This document shows, piece after piece, positions 20,871 to 32,317 of a DNA stretch of 64,000 bases. The stretch spans positions 4,983 to 68,982 of the forward strand of contig JAPLBB010000016.1 in assembly GCA_026392945.1 (NCBI GenBank), in the 5' to 3' direction. The position numbers were made by a program, and so were the translations under genes. Source of the DNA: Actinomycetota bacterium (GTDB taxonomy: Bacteria; Actinomycetota; Actinomycetes; Nanopelagicales; Nanopelagicaceae). The notes under the pieces are model-generated. The model saw only the letters and a list, made by a program, of their open reading frames with translations. It was not told the DNA's origin and searched no databases. Each line of letters begins with the position of its first letter. The stretch's first letter is position 1.

Positions 20871-21833
20871 ATGAGTACCGCTAGCACACCTTCACTTTGG
20901 GAAATTCGTAAGGCGGTTAAACCATGGCTTAGTGATTCTTCCCAAACAATTTTATTTGGTTGTTCTGGCGGTGCGGATTCAATGGCGCTTGCGCTCGCAC
21001 TTTTTTTAGAAGCAAACAGAACTAAAGTTATTCCAATTGTTGTTGATCACGGATTACAACCAGGTTCAGCACAAGTTACTACACAGACCATTTCTAAACT
21101 TAAAGAAATTGGTTACACTCAAATTGAATCAGCAATTGCACAAGTGAAAATTACTGATGGATTAGAGGCTTCAGCCCGCCGGGCTCGGTATCAAATTTTT
21201 AATCAATTCATTGACACTCACCAACCAAAGCATTTTTTACTTGCTCACACACTAAATGATCAAGCAGAGAGTGTTCTACTTGGATTAGCAAGGGGATCTG
21301 GCGCCAGATCTTTATCTGGTATGGCGTTAGAAAACAATATTTACGTGCGGCCACTTTTAAAAATTTCAAGACAAACTACAGAAGCAGCATGCGGTGAAGG
21401 CGGAGTTGAATTTTGGTCAGACCCACATAATGATGATTTAAAGTTTGCAAGAGTAAGAACTCGTAAGAATGTCCTACCTAATTTAGAAGAAAATCTTGGC
21501 CCAGGCATTACTGAAGCATTAGTAAGAAGTGCTGATTTACTCCGTGATGATGCAGATGCATTAGATAGTTTTGCTCAAGAGTACTTTGCTCAAACAGATC
21601 CTTTAAATTTATCTGTCAATGATCTAGAGCGATTACCTAGAGCGATTAGATCTCGGGTATTACGTCTTGCTATTTATCAAGCCGGAGCACCTTCTGGCAG
21701 CCTTTCAGCCGAACATATCAACGGTGCTGAGGCGTTAATCTCTGATTGGCATGGTCAAAAAGAGCTATCGCTACCAGGGGATGTGAAGCTTTTAAGAAAT
21801 TCAGGCAGAATTACCCTCTCAACCAATAAATAA
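20871..21833 (+). CDS. tilS: tRNA(Ile)-lysidine synthetase
   Basis: PP-loop SGGADS, VDHGLQ, AHTLNDQAE, RPLL, DPHN. tilS-hpt-ftsH order. Confidence 0.96.
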   Translation: MSTASTPSLWEIRKAVKPWLSDSSQTILFGCSGGADSMALALALFLEANRTKVIPIVVDHGLQPGSAQVTTQTISKLKEIGYTQIESAIAQVKITDGLEASARRARYQIFNQFIDTHQPKHFLLAHTLNDQAESVLLGLARGSGARSLSGMALENNIYVRPLLKISRQTTEAACGEGGVEFWSDPHNDDLKFARVRTRKNVLPNLEENLGPGITEALVRSADLLRDDADALDSFAQEYFAQTDPLNLSVNDLERLPRAIRSRVLRLAIYQAGAPSGSLSAEHINGAEALISDWHGQKELSLPGDVKLLRNSGRITLSTNK

Positions 21834-21841
21834 GGAGCACC

Positions 21842-22393
21842 GTGGATATTTCAGCCCTTGGTAATGACATTGAAAGAGTTGTTGTTAGCGAGGAGCAAAT
21901 CCAAACTCGATTAAAAGAGTTAGCTGTGCAAGTTAAAAAAGATTATGAGGGAAGAGATTTAATTCTAGTTGGTGTATTAAAAGGTGCAATTATGGCGATG
22001 GCAGATTTTTCGCGTCACCTACAACGACATGTTGATATGGATTGGATGGCAGTTTCATCTTATGGTGCTGGAACAAAATCGAGTGGTGTAGTTAGAATCT
22101 TAAAAGATTTAGATAATGATATTTTAGGCAGAGAAGTTTTAATTGTCGAAGATATTTTGGATACCGGATTAACACTTTCATGGCTTACTGAAAATTTACT
22201 TTCTCGTGGAGCGAAATCAGTTTCGGTTTTGACTGTTCTTAGAAAGCCTGATGCAGCAACCGTTAAGGTTGAAGCCAAGTATGTGGGCTTTGATATTCCA
22301 AGTGAATTCGTGGTTGGTTATGGCTTAGATTTCAATCAGAAGTATCGAAATCTGCCTTTTATTGGCGTTCTAGCCAAACACCTTTATTCTTAA
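21842..22393 (+). CDS. hpt: Hypoxanthine phosphoribosyltransferase
   Basis: VLKG, SSYG, VEDILDTGLT, FVVGYGLD. TAAGGAG SD and GTG start. Confidence 0.97.
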   Translation: MDISALGNDIERVVVSEEQIQTRLKELAVQVKKDYEGRDLILVGVLKGAIMAMADFSRHLQRHVDMDWMAVSSYGAGTKSSGVVRILKDLDNDILGREVLIVEDILDTGLTLSWLTENLLSRGAKSVSVLTVLRKPDAATVKVEAKYVGFDIPSEFVVGYGLDFNQKYRNLPFIGVLAKHLYS

Positions 22394-22431
22394 TCCTTCC
22401 GTTACCAGCTTCAGGAAAAGAGAAGTAATAA

Positions 22432-24489
22432 GTGGCGCAAAAGAAAAAAGTAAAAATCCCTAAACTAAAAGGGTTTAGCAGCGGGAAAAAACCTGCCAAG
22501 CCATCACCACAATTAGCCAGAAGAATTCTGCGTGGGCCACTGTTTTGGATTATTGCTGCTCTTGTTTCTGTCAGTATTTTTGGTCAAATTTCTACCACCG
22601 GAAAAGAATTCACTAAGGTCGATACTTCAGTAATTTTAAATGAAATTTCACAAAATAATGTTAAGTCAGCAATCGTTATCGATCGGGACCAAAAGATTCG
22701 AGTGGTCTTAAAGGATGGCGAACTAGCCGATGGCGCATCAAAGCTTGAAGCATCTTATGTAGTTGGGCAAGAGCAATTAATTGTTGAGCTATTAACAAGT
22801 AATCCACCTTCTACTAATTGGGATGTAGAAGTCCCGTCACAATCATTTTTTGTATCACTTCTATTAAGTATTTTGCCAATCATCCTAATTATTTTCTTGC
22901 TTATGTTGTTTATGGGCGGCGGACAAGGAGGGCGCGTACTTTCATTTGGTCGTTCCCGAGCTAAATTACAAAATAAAGAAACGCCAACAAATACTTTTGC
23001 TGATGTTGCAGGTGCAGATGAAGCTGTTGCAGAGCTTCGTGAGATTAAAGATTTCCTTGCAAGTCCAGATAAGTACAAAGCAATTGGGGCAAAAATTCCA
23101 AAGGGTGTTTTACTTTATGGCCCACCCGGAACTGGTAAAACTTTACTTGCAAGAGCAGTTGCTGGTGAAGCAAAAGTTCCGTTCTACTCAATCTCTGGTT
23201 CTGAGTTTGTTGAGATGTTTGTTGGTGTAGGTGCATCTCGTGTGCGTGATTTGTTTGCTCAAGCAAAACAAAATGCACCATCAATAGTTTTTGTAGATGA
23301 AATTGATGCAGTAGGTCGCCAACGTGGTGCAGGTCTTGGTGGTGGAAATGATGAACGTGAGCAAACACTTAATCAATTATTAGTTGAGATGGATGGTTTT
23401 GAAGCTAACGGACAGGTAATTTTAATTGCTGCAACAAACCGTCCAGATGTATTAGATCCAGCACTTCTTCGGCCTGGAAGATTTGATCGCCAGATTTCAG
23501 TGGACAGACCTGATCTAAAAGGGCGGGCTGCAATTCTTGCGGTGCATGCAAAAAATAAACCTGTGGCAAAAGATGTTGAATTAACATCTTACGCAAAACG
23601 CACACCTGGATTTACTGGAGCAGATTTAGCAAATGTATTAAATGAGGCTGCTCTGCTTGCTGCCCGTGAAGATCGCAAAGCAATTCGAAACTCAGATTTA
23701 GATGAAGCAATTGATCGAGTAATGGCCGGCCCTCAAAAAGTTTCTCGTTTAATGACTGAAGAAGAGAGAAGAATTACGGCATACCATGAAGGTGGCCACG
23801 CACTAGTTGCGCACGCACTTCCTCACACTGATCCAGTACATAAAGTTACGATTATGCCAAGAGGCAGAGCACTTGGTTACACAATGGTGTTACCAGATGA
23901 AGATCGCTATGCAGTAACTAGAAATCAAATGCTTGATCAGCTTGCCTACACAATGGGTGGCAGAGCTGCTGAAGAATTAATTTTCCATGATCCAACAACT
24001 GGTGCTTCAAATGATATTGAGAAGGCAACAAACCTTGCCCGGGCAATGGTTACCCAATACGGAATGACACAAAGACTTGGTGCAATCAAACTTGGTATCT
24101 CTGATTCACAACCATTCCTAGGTCGAGATTATGGGCATCAAAGAGATTACTCAGAAAATGTAGCCGCAATCGTTGATGGTGAAATTAGAGAGATGATTGA
24201 AAATGCTCATCAAGAAGCGTTTGATGTTTTAGTTGCCAACCGCGAAACATTAGATCGTTTAGTTGAAGAGTTGCTTGAAAATGAAACTTTAAACAAAGAA
24301 GAAATCGCTGCTATTTTTAAGAAAGTCAAAAAGGTTAAGCCACGAGCTGCATGGACTGGTTCACAAAATCGAATCCCTTCAAATCAACCACCAGTTGCGC
24401 TAAAGCCAGCGAAGATCAAGGTTTCAGAAGAGGAAAAAATAGTTAAAAAAGCCCCTACTAAAAGAAGTGATAAAGATGTAAATGAGTGA
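22432..24489 (+). CDS. ftsH: ATP-dependent zinc metalloprotease FtsH
   Basis: Two TM segments, [15 protein letters not shown], second region of homology, HEGGH. Confidence 0.97.
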   Translation: MAQKKKVKIPKLKGFSSGKKPAKPSPQLARRILRGPLFWIIAALVSVSIFGQISTTGKEFTKVDTSVILNEISQNNVKSAIVIDRDQKIRVVLKDGELADGASKLEASYVVGQEQLIVELLTSNPPSTNWDVEVPSQSFFVSLLLSILPIILIIFLLMLFMGGGQGGRVLSFGRSRAKLQNKETPTNTFADVAGADEAVAELREIKDFLASPDKYKAIGAKIPKGVLLYGPPGTGKTLLARAVAGEAKVPFYSISGSEFVEMFVGVGASRVRDLFAQAKQNAPSIVFVDEIDAVGRQRGAGLGGGNDEREQTLNQLLVEMDGFEANGQVILIAATNRPDVLDPALLRPGRFDRQISVDRPDLKGRAAILAVHAKNKPVAKDVELTSYAKRTPGFTGADLANVLNEAALLAAREDRKAIRNSDLDEAIDRVMAGPQKVSRLMTEEERRITAYHEGGHALVAHALPHTDPVHKVTIMPRGRALGYTMVLPDEDRYAVTRNQMLDQLAYTMGGRAAEELIFHDPTTGASNDIEKATNLARAMVTQYGMTQRLGAIKLGISDSQPFLGRDYGHQRDYSENVAAIVDGEIREMIENAHQEAFDVLVANRETLDRLVEELLENETLNKEEIAAIFKKVKKVKPRAAWTGSQNRIPSNQPPVALKPAKIKVSEEEKIVKKAPTKRSDKDVNE

Positions 24490-25102
24490 GGTTAACTCTG
24501 TATCGATGGGGCCAGGAGATGGTGGTGCCAAAAAAGAGTTTGATCAAGCGCGGGCAGAAAAAGCAGTAACTGAGTTATTACATGCATTAGGTGAAGACCC
24601 AAATAGAGATGGTTTAAAAGATACGCCAAAACGAGTGGCAAAAGCGTTTGCTGAAAACTTTGCTGGGCTTTGGCAAAAACCAGAGGATGTTTTAACAACT
24701 ACATTTGATATTGGACATAGAGAGCTAGTAATTGTTAGAGAGATTGAAGTTTTTTCTCACTGTGAGCATCATTTAACTCCGTTTCATGGGGTTGCTCATA
24801 TTGGTTATATTCCTGGCGAGAGCGGAAGAATTACCGGTATATCTAAACTTGCTCGCCTTGTTGATTTGTATGCGCGCCGGCCTCAAGTGCAAGAGCGCCT
24901 TACTTCACAGATTGCCGATGCGTTAGTTGGTATTTTGCAACCAGGTGGGGTAATTGTAATTATTGATTGTGAACACTTATGTATGTCAATGCGTGGAGTT
25001 AGAAAATCACAGGCGCGCACAACAACAAGTGCGGTTCGCGGTCAGCTGTTAAATCCTGCAACAAGGGCTGAGGCAATTTCGTTAATAAACCAAAGCAGGT
25101 AG
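24482..25102 (+). CDS. folE: GTP cyclohydrolase I
   Basis: [32 protein letters not shown]. Confidence 0.97.
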   Translation: MSEVNSVSMGPGDGGAKKEFDQARAEKAVTELLHALGEDPNRDGLKDTPKRVAKAFAENFAGLWQKPEDVLTTTFDIGHRELVIVREIEVFSHCEHHLTPFHGVAHIGYIPGESGRITGISKLARLVDLYARRPQVQERLTSQIADALVGILQPGGVIVIIDCEHLCMSMRGVRKSQARTTTSAVRGQLLNPATRAEAISLINQSR

Positions 25103-25106
25103 GAAA

Positions 25107-25904
25107 ATGTCTAACACTCTTGTAATGGGAATATTAAATATTACCCCTGACTCATTTGCGGATGGTGGAAAGTATTTATCTAAATCAGATGCAATAACTC
25201 AAGGCCGGAGATTAATTGCCGAAGGCGTTGATATTATTGATGTTGGTGGTGAATCAACCAGGCCCGGTGCTGAGCGGATAAGTGAAGAAGATGAATTAAC
25301 TAGAGTAATTCCAGTGGTTATTGAATTAGTTAAAGATGGTGCAGTAATTAGCGTTGACACGATGCGAGCAGAGGTAGCAAAACAAGCAATTGCCGCCGGG
25401 GCTACATACATAAATGATGTTAGTGGTGGTTTAGCAGATGAAAAAATGGCTCAGGTAATTGCTTCAAATCTTAACATTCAATACATAGTTATGCATTGGC
25501 GTGGGCATTCAAAAGATATGCAAAAACAAGCAGTTTATGAGGATGTCGTTAAAGAGGTTAAAGACGAGCTAGATGAAAGAGTCACTGGACTTTTAAAAGC
25601 CGGAGTATCCACTGAACAAATAATTTTAGATCCTGGCATTGGGTTTGCGAAAAACAGTGAACATAATTGGCAGATATTACAAAACATAGAAAGATTTCAA
25701 TTACTCGGTTACCCACTACTTGTTGGCGTATCACGTAAAAAATTTCTAGGAGAATTAATTAATGCTCCAGAGCCAGATAATCGCGAGGCGGCCACAATCG
25801 CATTAACAACGGAGTTAGCTCGCCTTGGAGTATGGGGCGTGCGAACGCATGCAGTTAAAGCACACAAAGATGCAATATCTGTTATTGAAAGGCTTCGTAA
25901 ATGA
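25107..25904 (+). CDS. folP: Dihydropteroate synthase
   Basis: MGILNITPDSF, DVGGESTRPG, NDVSG, DPGIGF, SRK. Confidence 0.97.
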   Translation: MSNTLVMGILNITPDSFADGGKYLSKSDAITQGRRLIAEGVDIIDVGGESTRPGAERISEEDELTRVIPVVIELVKDGAVISVDTMRAEVAKQAIAAGATYINDVSGGLADEKMAQVIASNLNIQYIVMHWRGHSKDMQKQAVYEDVVKEVKDELDERVTGLLKAGVSTEQIILDPGIGFAKNSEHNWQILQNIERFQLLGYPLLVGVSRKKFLGELINAPEPDNREAATIALTTELARLGVWGVRTHAVKAHKDAISVIERLRK

Positions 25905-26257
25905 GCGACCTAATTAAAATTACTGGCATAAGTGCCAAAGGATTTCATGGCGTATTTCCAAGTGAACGCAAAAAAGGGCAAAAATTTATAGTTGATATTG
26001 AATTAAGCATTAATTTAGTTAACCTTAAAGATGATTTAAGTAAAACTGTTAACTATGCAGAGGTTGCTCAGATCGCCCATGACAATATAACTAGTAAACC
26101 TGTTTTGCTGGTTGAAACACTCGCTGAAAATATTGCTAAATCAGTTTTAAAGAAATATAAAAAAGTTAAGCAAGTAAAAGTTGTGGTCCATAAGCCGAAA
26201 GCTCCACTAACCCTTAAATTTAAAGATGTTTCAGTTGAAATAATTCGTAATCGATGA
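25901..26257 (+). CDS. folB: Dihydroneopterin aldolase
   Basis: FHGV..ER..GQ.F.VD, TVNYA, LVETLA, HKP.AP. Confidence 0.95.
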   Translation: MSDLIKITGISAKGFHGVFPSERKKGQKFIVDIELSINLVNLKDDLSKTVNYAEVAQIAHDNITSKPVLLVETLAENIAKSVLKKYKKVKQVKVVVHKPKAPLTLKFKDVSVEIIRNR

Positions 26258-26709
26258 AAGCCGTTATTTCACTTGGCTCTAATCTTGAAAACCGGAAATT
26301 AAATTTAGACATTGCCATCACTCAACTTGAATCTATTTTGGATCAATTAATTGTTTCACCATTTATCGAAACAAAACCTGTTGGCGGCCCTAAACAAGAT
26401 GATTTCTTAAACGCTGTTGCAATTGGAAGTTGTGAACTAACTGCTGAAGAATTGTTAACAAAATTGCTAGCGATTGAAGATCAAATGGGCAGAGTGAGAG
26501 ATATCAAGTGGGGGCCAAGAATTATTGATCTAGATTTAATTGTCTATGGAGCTCAAACAATAGATTCAGATTTCCTTAAATTACCTCATCCGCTGGCTCA
26601 ATCTAGAGAGTTTGTTTTATCACCATGGCTTGCAATTGATCCAGAAGGTGAAATACCAGGCGTTGGCTCAATAAAAACTCTTTTGGCATCCATCGATAGC
26701 TCGCGTTAA
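26254..26709 (+). CDS. folK: 2-amino-4-hydroxy-6-hydroxymethyldihydropteridine diphosphokinase
   Basis: SLGSNL, FLNAV, WGPRIIDLD, LPHP. Confidence 0.96.
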   Translation: MKAVISLGSNLENRKLNLDIAITQLESILDQLIVSPFIETKPVGGPKQDDFLNAVAIGSCELTAEELLTKLLAIEDQMGRVRDIKWGPRIIDLDLIVYGAQTIDSDFLKLPHPLAQSREFVLSPWLAIDPEGEIPGVGSIKTLLASIDSSR

Positions 26710-26748
26710 ACTTATCTTCTAGCCCGGTACCCGGAAAGGACTGGAGCC

Positions 26749-27537
26749 ATGATTAAAGTAATTAATTCTGTCGATGATTTGGCGTACCAAAAATGGGATG
26801 TATTAGTTCCAACCATGGGTGCTTTGCATGTCGGCCATCAATCATTAATTGAGATTGCAAAAACTAAAGGCGAAAATGTACTAGTTAGTATTTTTGTGAA
26901 TCCACTGCAGTTTGAAAACAAAGAAGATTTGAATAACTACCCAAAAACTTTAGAGCAAGATATAAAGTTTGCGCAGGCAGCTGGGGCGACAGCTGTATTT
27001 ATCCCAGATGAGAGCACAATTTATCCAGGCGAAATCGAGAGAGTATCTGCCGGTGAAATTGGTGATTTATATGAAGGAGCATCTCGTCCTAAACATTTCA
27101 CCGGTGTATTAACAGTTGTAAAAAGACTATTTGATTTAGTTAAACCTAAGGCCGCAGTTTTTGGTGAGAAAGATTTCCAGCAGTTATTTCTAATAAAACG
27201 AATGGTTAGCCAACTTGTACTCCCAATTGAAATTATTTCTGCTCCTACCATCCGAGAAGAAAATGGATTAGCAATTTCATCGAGAAACATCAGATTGGAT
27301 AAAAGCGGGGAAAAAATTTCAGAGGTTATTTATAAGGCCTTGACTATGCCAACAATTGAGCAAGCGAAGAATGAGATATCAAATGAGCCAGGTTTTAAAC
27401 TGGACTATCTTGAAATAATTGATGAAGCAACATTTGAAAAAGCTAAGCCCGACACGCAAAATAAGCGTGTAATTATTGCTGGTTGGGTAAATAACCTTAG
27501 GTTGATCGACAATATGCCAATGGGTATCCGCAAATGA
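26749..27537 (+). CDS. panC: Pantoate-beta-alanine ligase
   Basis: PTMGALHVGH, SIFVNPLQF, FGEKDFQQ, GLAISSRN, RLIDN. Confidence 0.96.
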   Translation: MIKVINSVDDLAYQKWDVLVPTMGALHVGHQSLIEIAKTKGENVLVSIFVNPLQFENKEDLNNYPKTLEQDIKFAQAAGATAVFIPDESTIYPGEIERVSAGEIGDLYEGASRPKHFTGVLTVVKRLFDLVKPKAAVFGEKDFQQLFLIKRMVSQLVLPIEIISAPTIREENGLAISSRNIRLDKSGEKISEVIYKALTMPTIEQAKNEISNEPGFKLDYLEIIDEATFEKAKPDTQNKRVIIAGWVNNLRLIDNMPMGIRK

Positions 27538-29135
27538 GACTACTAACTGGTTTACCAGGCTGGAGCACATCTGCTGATGTGATTGTGATTGGCTCTGGAG
27601 TTGCCGGGCTAACTACTGCGTTAAATTTAAGATCACATGGTTTATCTGTTTTGTTAGTAACAAAAGCGCGTATTGATGCTGGCTCAACTAAATGGGCACA
27701 AGGTGGAATTGCTGCAGCATTAGGACCGGGTGATACCCCTGATCAACATAAGAAAGATACATTGGCAGCTGGTGCTGGGTTATGCGACATAAAAGCCGTT
27801 GATGTTTTAGTTTCTGAAGGACCCGAAGCAGTTAGAAAATTAATTGCACACGGCGCTGTTTTTGATAAATCTGAAACTGGTGAGATTGCTTTAACCCGTG
27901 AAGGCGGTCATCTTCGTAATCGAATATTGCATGCTGGTGGGGATGCAACTGGAGCGGAAGTTTCTAGAGCATTACTTGCTGCTGTTAAAAGCGATTCTGG
28001 AATTGAAATTATTGAGCATGCATTAGTGATTGATATATTAAAAAGTTCTAGTAAAAGAGTTTGTGGTGTGACACTGCACGTAATTGGTGCGGGTAGTAGA
28101 GATGGTGTTGGCAGAGCGTTAGCACGCGCAGTTGTAGTTGCAACTGGTGGTCTTGGGCAGGTTTATTCTCAAACTACAAACCCAGCAGTTTCAACTGGTG
28201 ATGGTGTTGCACTTGCACTACGAGCTGGAGCAAAGGTTGGTGATGTTGAGTTTGTGCAATTTCACCCGACAGTTTTATGGCGTGATTTAGCAAATAGGGG
28301 CCAACAGCCGCTAATAAGTGAAGCAGTCCGTGGTGAAGGAGCAGTATTGCTTAACCATAAGAATGAACAGTTTATGGTTGGTAAACACCCACAAGCAGAT
28401 TTAGCACCAAGGGATGTTGTAGCAAAAGAAATTTTTAATCAGATGCAATCAAGCGGGCAACCACATGTGTGGCTAGATGCCACAAAGATTAATGATTTTG
28501 AAAATAGGTTTCCGACTATTTATTCCTCATGTATTGCAAATAGAATTGATCCAACAAAAGAAAAAATTCCAGTTGCTCCCGCTTCACACTACGCCTCAGG
28601 GGGAGTTTTAGTTGATCTAGATGGCCAATCATCAATTCCTGGCCTCTATATTTGTGGTGAATCTGCTTGCACTGGAGCACATGGTGCCAATCGCCTTGCC
28701 TCAAACTCTCTGCTTGAAGGATTAGTTTTTGGCGCACGAATTGCTGCAACTCTTGCAAAAGAGTTGCCACCACAACAAGAGCCAGTAGAAGATAAGAAAA
28801 CAATGTTGCTTGATCCAAAAATTCTCTTGCCACTTCAAATCTCAATGAGTGAAGGTGCAGGTGTTATGAGATCTGACAGTTCACTACGAAAAACTATGCA
28901 AACTTTGCAAGAGCTTTCTCAGTTAACAAGTACTGAACCAAGAATTGAAGCCTGGGAAGCCTCTAATCTTCATTTACTAGCAACTGCAATAGTTAAATCA
29001 GCATTAACTAGAACCGAATCACGAGGCTCACATTGGCGCAGTGATTACCCGCAAAGCTCTGATAAGTGGTTAAGTAGAGTTATTGAGCAGATAGATTCTG
29101 ACGGCAATTGGCAGACCGATGTGGAGGTGATCTAG
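27534..29135 (+). CDS. nadB: L-aspartate oxidase
   Basis: GSGVAG, WAQGGI, REGGH, QFHPT, SEAVRGEG, HGANRLASNSL, ESRGSH. Confidence 0.96.
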   Translation: MRLLTGLPGWSTSADVIVIGSGVAGLTTALNLRSHGLSVLLVTKARIDAGSTKWAQGGIAAALGPGDTPDQHKKDTLAAGAGLCDIKAVDVLVSEGPEAVRKLIAHGAVFDKSETGEIALTREGGHLRNRILHAGGDATGAEVSRALLAAVKSDSGIEIIEHALVIDILKSSSKRVCGVTLHVIGAGSRDGVGRALARAVVVATGGLGQVYSQTTNPAVSTGDGVALALRAGAKVGDVEFVQFHPTVLWRDLANRGQQPLISEAVRGEGAVLLNHKNEQFMVGKHPQADLAPRDVVAKEIFNQMQSSGQPHVWLDATKINDFENRFPTIYSSCIANRIDPTKEKIPVAPASHYASGGVLVDLDGQSSIPGLYICGESACTGAHGANRLASNSLLEGLVFGARIAATLAKELPPQQEPVEDKKTMLLDPKILLPLQISMSEGAGVMRSDSSLRKTMQTLQELSQLTSTEPRIEAWEASNLHLLATAIVKSALTRTESRGSHWRSDYPQSSDKWLSRVIEQIDSDGNWQTDVEVI

Positions 29136-30008
29136 GTGAATCAACTCCGCGATAATTTAAAAGCTTTAGGACTATCGCCTAATCACATATTTCAGCAGGT
29201 AAAAGATGCAATCAGTGAAGATTTAGCTGGTGGTAAAGATTTAACGTCGGTTGCAACAATTGCTGACACACATGTGATTACTGCAGATTTTACTGCTCGA
29301 GCAAACGGTATTGTTTCTGGCCTGCATGTTGTAGCGGCAGTACTTGAGTATTGCGGTGTTAATCATTATGAAGTTTTGGTGGATGAAGGAGCAAAGGTTT
29401 CAACTGGCAAGGTGTTAATTACCGCCCAAGGAAATACTCAAAAAATATTATTAGCTGAACGTACTGCACTCAATTTCCTGTCTCACTTAAGTGGTATTTC
29501 AACCCTTACTAATCACTGGGTAAATGAAATTGCTGGTACAAAATGTCAGATTAGAGATACTCGTAAAACTACCCCAGGACTTCGCCAATTAGAAAAATTT
29601 GCAGTTCGAATGGGTGGAGCAGTTAACCATCGTCTTTCACTCTCTGACGCAGCTTTAATTAAAGATAATCACATTGTTGCAGCTGGCAGCATTGGCGCAG
29701 CATTTATGGCAATTAAGAAGATATTTCCCGGCAAATCAATCGAAATCGAGGTTGACAGTATTAATCAATTAAAAGAGGCGATTGCCTTAAAGCCTGACTT
29801 AATATTGTTAGACAACATGAGTCCTGAACTTTGCGCTGAGGCGGTTGCGGTAACTGCTGGAACAGTAAAGCTTGAAGCATCAGGCGGGATTACTTTAAAT
29901 AATGCAAAAGCATATGCAAACTCCGGTGTTGATTATTTAGCCATCGGCGCTCTTACTCATTCTGCTCCAGCGTTAGACATCGGGCTAGATTTCAGAAAGG
30001 GAAAATAA
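29136..30008 (+). CDS. nadC: Quinolinate phosphoribosyltransferase
   Basis: ERTALN, DTRKTTPG, LIKDNH, EIEV, LLDNM, EASGGI. Confidence 0.96.
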   Translation: MNQLRDNLKALGLSPNHIFQQVKDAISEDLAGGKDLTSVATIADTHVITADFTARANGIVSGLHVVAAVLEYCGVNHYEVLVDEGAKVSTGKVLITAQGNTQKILLAERTALNFLSHLSGISTLTNHWVNEIAGTKCQIRDTRKTTPGLRQLEKFAVRMGGAVNHRLSLSDAALIKDNHIVAAGSIGAAFMAIKKIFPGKSIEIEVDSINQLKEAIALKPDLILLDNMSPELCAEAVAVTAGTVKLEASGGITLNNAKAYANSGVDYLAIGALTHSAPALDIGLDFRKGK

Positions 30009-30781
30009 TGTTACTTACAATTGACGTTGGTAATACGAACACAGTTCTTGGAATTTTCAATAAGGATAAATTAGAGCAATCTTGGCGAGTAAAGACTGAT
30101 CCTAGAGACACTGCTGATGAGTTGTGGTTGCAGTACGCAGCATTAGTTGATGGCTTTGATATTACTGGAGTTGCAATTTGTTCAACCGTACCAGCCGTGC
30201 TTAGAGAGATTAGAAAATTAATTGATGAGCATTACAGCGATATTAAAACTACAATTATTGAACCAGGAGTAAAGACAGGCGTGCCATTACTTGTTGATAA
30301 TCCAAAAGAAATAGGTGCAGACCGAATCGTTAATTCACTGGCAGCATTTACATTATATGAATCAGATGGGCCAACTATTGTGGTTGATTTTGGAACATCA
30401 ACTAACTTAGATGTGGTCTCACCAAAAGGAGAGTTTTTAGGAGGAGCGTTAGCACCTGGTATTGAAATATCAGTTGATGCACTTGCTGCCAGAGCTGCGC
30501 AACTTAGAAAAGTTGAATTGGTAAAGCCAAAATCTGTAATCGGCAAAAATACCGTTGAAGCATTGCAGTCTGGAACTATTTATGGATTTGCTGGCCAAGT
30601 TGATGGCTTGGTTAATCGAATTACAGATGAGCTAGCGGATTTATATCCAAATTCTGGTGAGGTTTGTGTAATTGCAACTGGCGGACTTGCCCCATTAGTA
30701 CTTGGCATTAGCGAAACCATTGAGTTTCATGAACCAGATCTGACTTTAATCGGATTGCGCTTAGTACATGAGCGTAATTAA
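30008..30781 (+). CDS. coaX: Type III pantothenate kinase
   Basis: DVGNTN, GADR, DFGTST, ATGG. Confidence 0.96.
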   Translation: MLLTIDVGNTNTVLGIFNKDKLEQSWRVKTDPRDTADELWLQYAALVDGFDITGVAICSTVPAVLREIRKLIDEHYSDIKTTIIEPGVKTGVPLLVDNPKEIGADRIVNSLAAFTLYESDGPTIVVDFGTSTNLDVVSPKGEFLGGALAPGIEISVDALAARAAQLRKVELVKPKSVIGKNTVEALQSGTIYGFAGQVDGLVNRITDELADLYPNSGEVCVIATGGLAPLVLGISETIEFHEPDLTLIGLRLVHERN

Positions 30782-30820
30782 TTCATAACAGCACTGCTGC
30801 GCGCTAGGATTTAACTCATC

Positions 30821-32317
30821 ATGGCTGATGAAGATGACCTACCAGAACAACTGCGAATTCGGCGAGAAAAACGAGCCGGAATATTAAGTCGCGGTGGACA
30901 GCCATACCCAGTTTCAGTTCCAAGAACTGCATCCCTTCTTGAGATTAGAGAAAAGCATAAAGATCTACCAATTGATATTTCTACTGGAATTATTGAATCG
31001 GTAACCGGACGGGTAATTTTTAAAAGAGATACCGGCAAGCTTTGTTTTGCAAATCTACGCGAAGGTGACGGAACTGAGTTACAAGCGATGTTTTCACTGG
31101 ATAAAATTGGTGAAGATCAACTTGAAATATGGAAATCAGAAATTGATTTAGGTGACATAGTTTCAGTAACTGGTGAAGTGATAACTTCTAAACGAGGTGA
31201 GTTATCGATTTTAGCTAATTCATTTGCATTTGCCGCCAAAGCACTTCGCCCACTTCCAGTAGAGCACAAGCCACTCTCAGAAGAGAGTCGAGTAAGAATG
31301 CGTTATGTGGATTTAATAGTTAGACCAGAGGCAAGAAGTAATGCCAGGTTACGTCCTGCGGTGATGCGATCTTTAAGAAACACATTTAATTCTCGCAACT
31401 TCCTAGAAGTTGAAACACCAATGCTTCAAGTGATGCATGGTGGAGCAGCAGCTAGACCATTTAAAACATTTAGTAATGCCTATGAGATGGATCTATTTTT
31501 AAGAATTGCTCCAGAACTTTATTTAAAAAGATGTGTGGTCGGCGGACTTGACAAAGTTTTTGAGATAAACCGGAATTTTAGAAATGAAGGAGCAGATTCT
31601 TCTCACTCCCCAGAGTTTGCAATGATTGAAACTTATGAAGCATATGGTGACTGGGATACGATGGCTGAATTAACTAGAACCTTGGTTCAAGATGCAGCAA
31701 AGGCAGTATTTGGTTCGCATGTAGCAAAACACCATGATGGAAAAGAGTTAGATCTTGGTGGCAAGTGGAGCGAAGTATCACTATTTGATGCAATCTCAGA
31801 TGCAATTGGTGAAAAAGTAAGTGCGCAGACATCAATAGATGACTTAAAGAAAATTGCTAGCAAATTAGGAATTAAAACAGATCCAAAATGCATTACTGGA
31901 AAACTTGCAGAAGTAATTTTTGAACATACTGCCATTGATAAGTTAAAGGGTCCGACATTTGTTAAAGGATTCCCAATTGATACATCCCCATTAGTTAGAG
32001 CACACCGTGAAGTAATTGGCATTGCCGAAAAATGGGATTTATATGTTGAAGGCTTTGAATTAGCTACTGGCTATTCAGAGTTAATTGATCCAGTTATTCA
32101 AAGAGAGCGGTTAGTTGAGCAAGCAAAACTTGGTGCATCAGGTGATCTTGAAGCAATGGGATTAGATGAAGATTTCTTGCGAGCAATGGAACATGGCATG
32201 CCACCAATGGGTGGAATGGGGATGGGTGTTGATCGATTGTTGATGGCACTTACTGGCCTTGGGATTAGAGAGACAATTTTATTTCCGTTAGTAAAACCAA
32301 CCGCAGGAGATGAGTAA
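30821..32317 (+). CDS. lysS: Lysyl-tRNA synthetase (class II)
   Basis: OB fold, [26 protein letters not shown]. Confidence 0.97.
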   Translation: MADEDDLPEQLRIRREKRAGILSRGGQPYPVSVPRTASLLEIREKHKDLPIDISTGIIESVTGRVIFKRDTGKLCFANLREGDGTELQAMFSLDKIGEDQLEIWKSEIDLGDIVSVTGEVITSKRGELSILANSFAFAAKALRPLPVEHKPLSEESRVRMRYVDLIVRPEARSNARLRPAVMRSLRNTFNSRNFLEVETPMLQVMHGGAAARPFKTFSNAYEMDLFLRIAPELYLKRCVVGGLDKVFEINRNFRNEGADSSHSPEFAMIETYEAYGDWDTMAELTRTLVQDAAKAVFGSHVAKHHDGKELDLGGKWSEVSLFDAISDAIGEKVSAQTSIDDLKKIASKLGIKTDPKCITGKLAEVIFEHTAIDKLKGPTFVKGFPIDTSPLVRAHREVIGIAEKWDLYVEGFELATGYSELIDPVIQRERLVEQAKLGASGDLEAMGLDEDFLRAMEHGMPPMGGMGMGVDRLLMALTGLGIRETILFPLVKPTAGDE

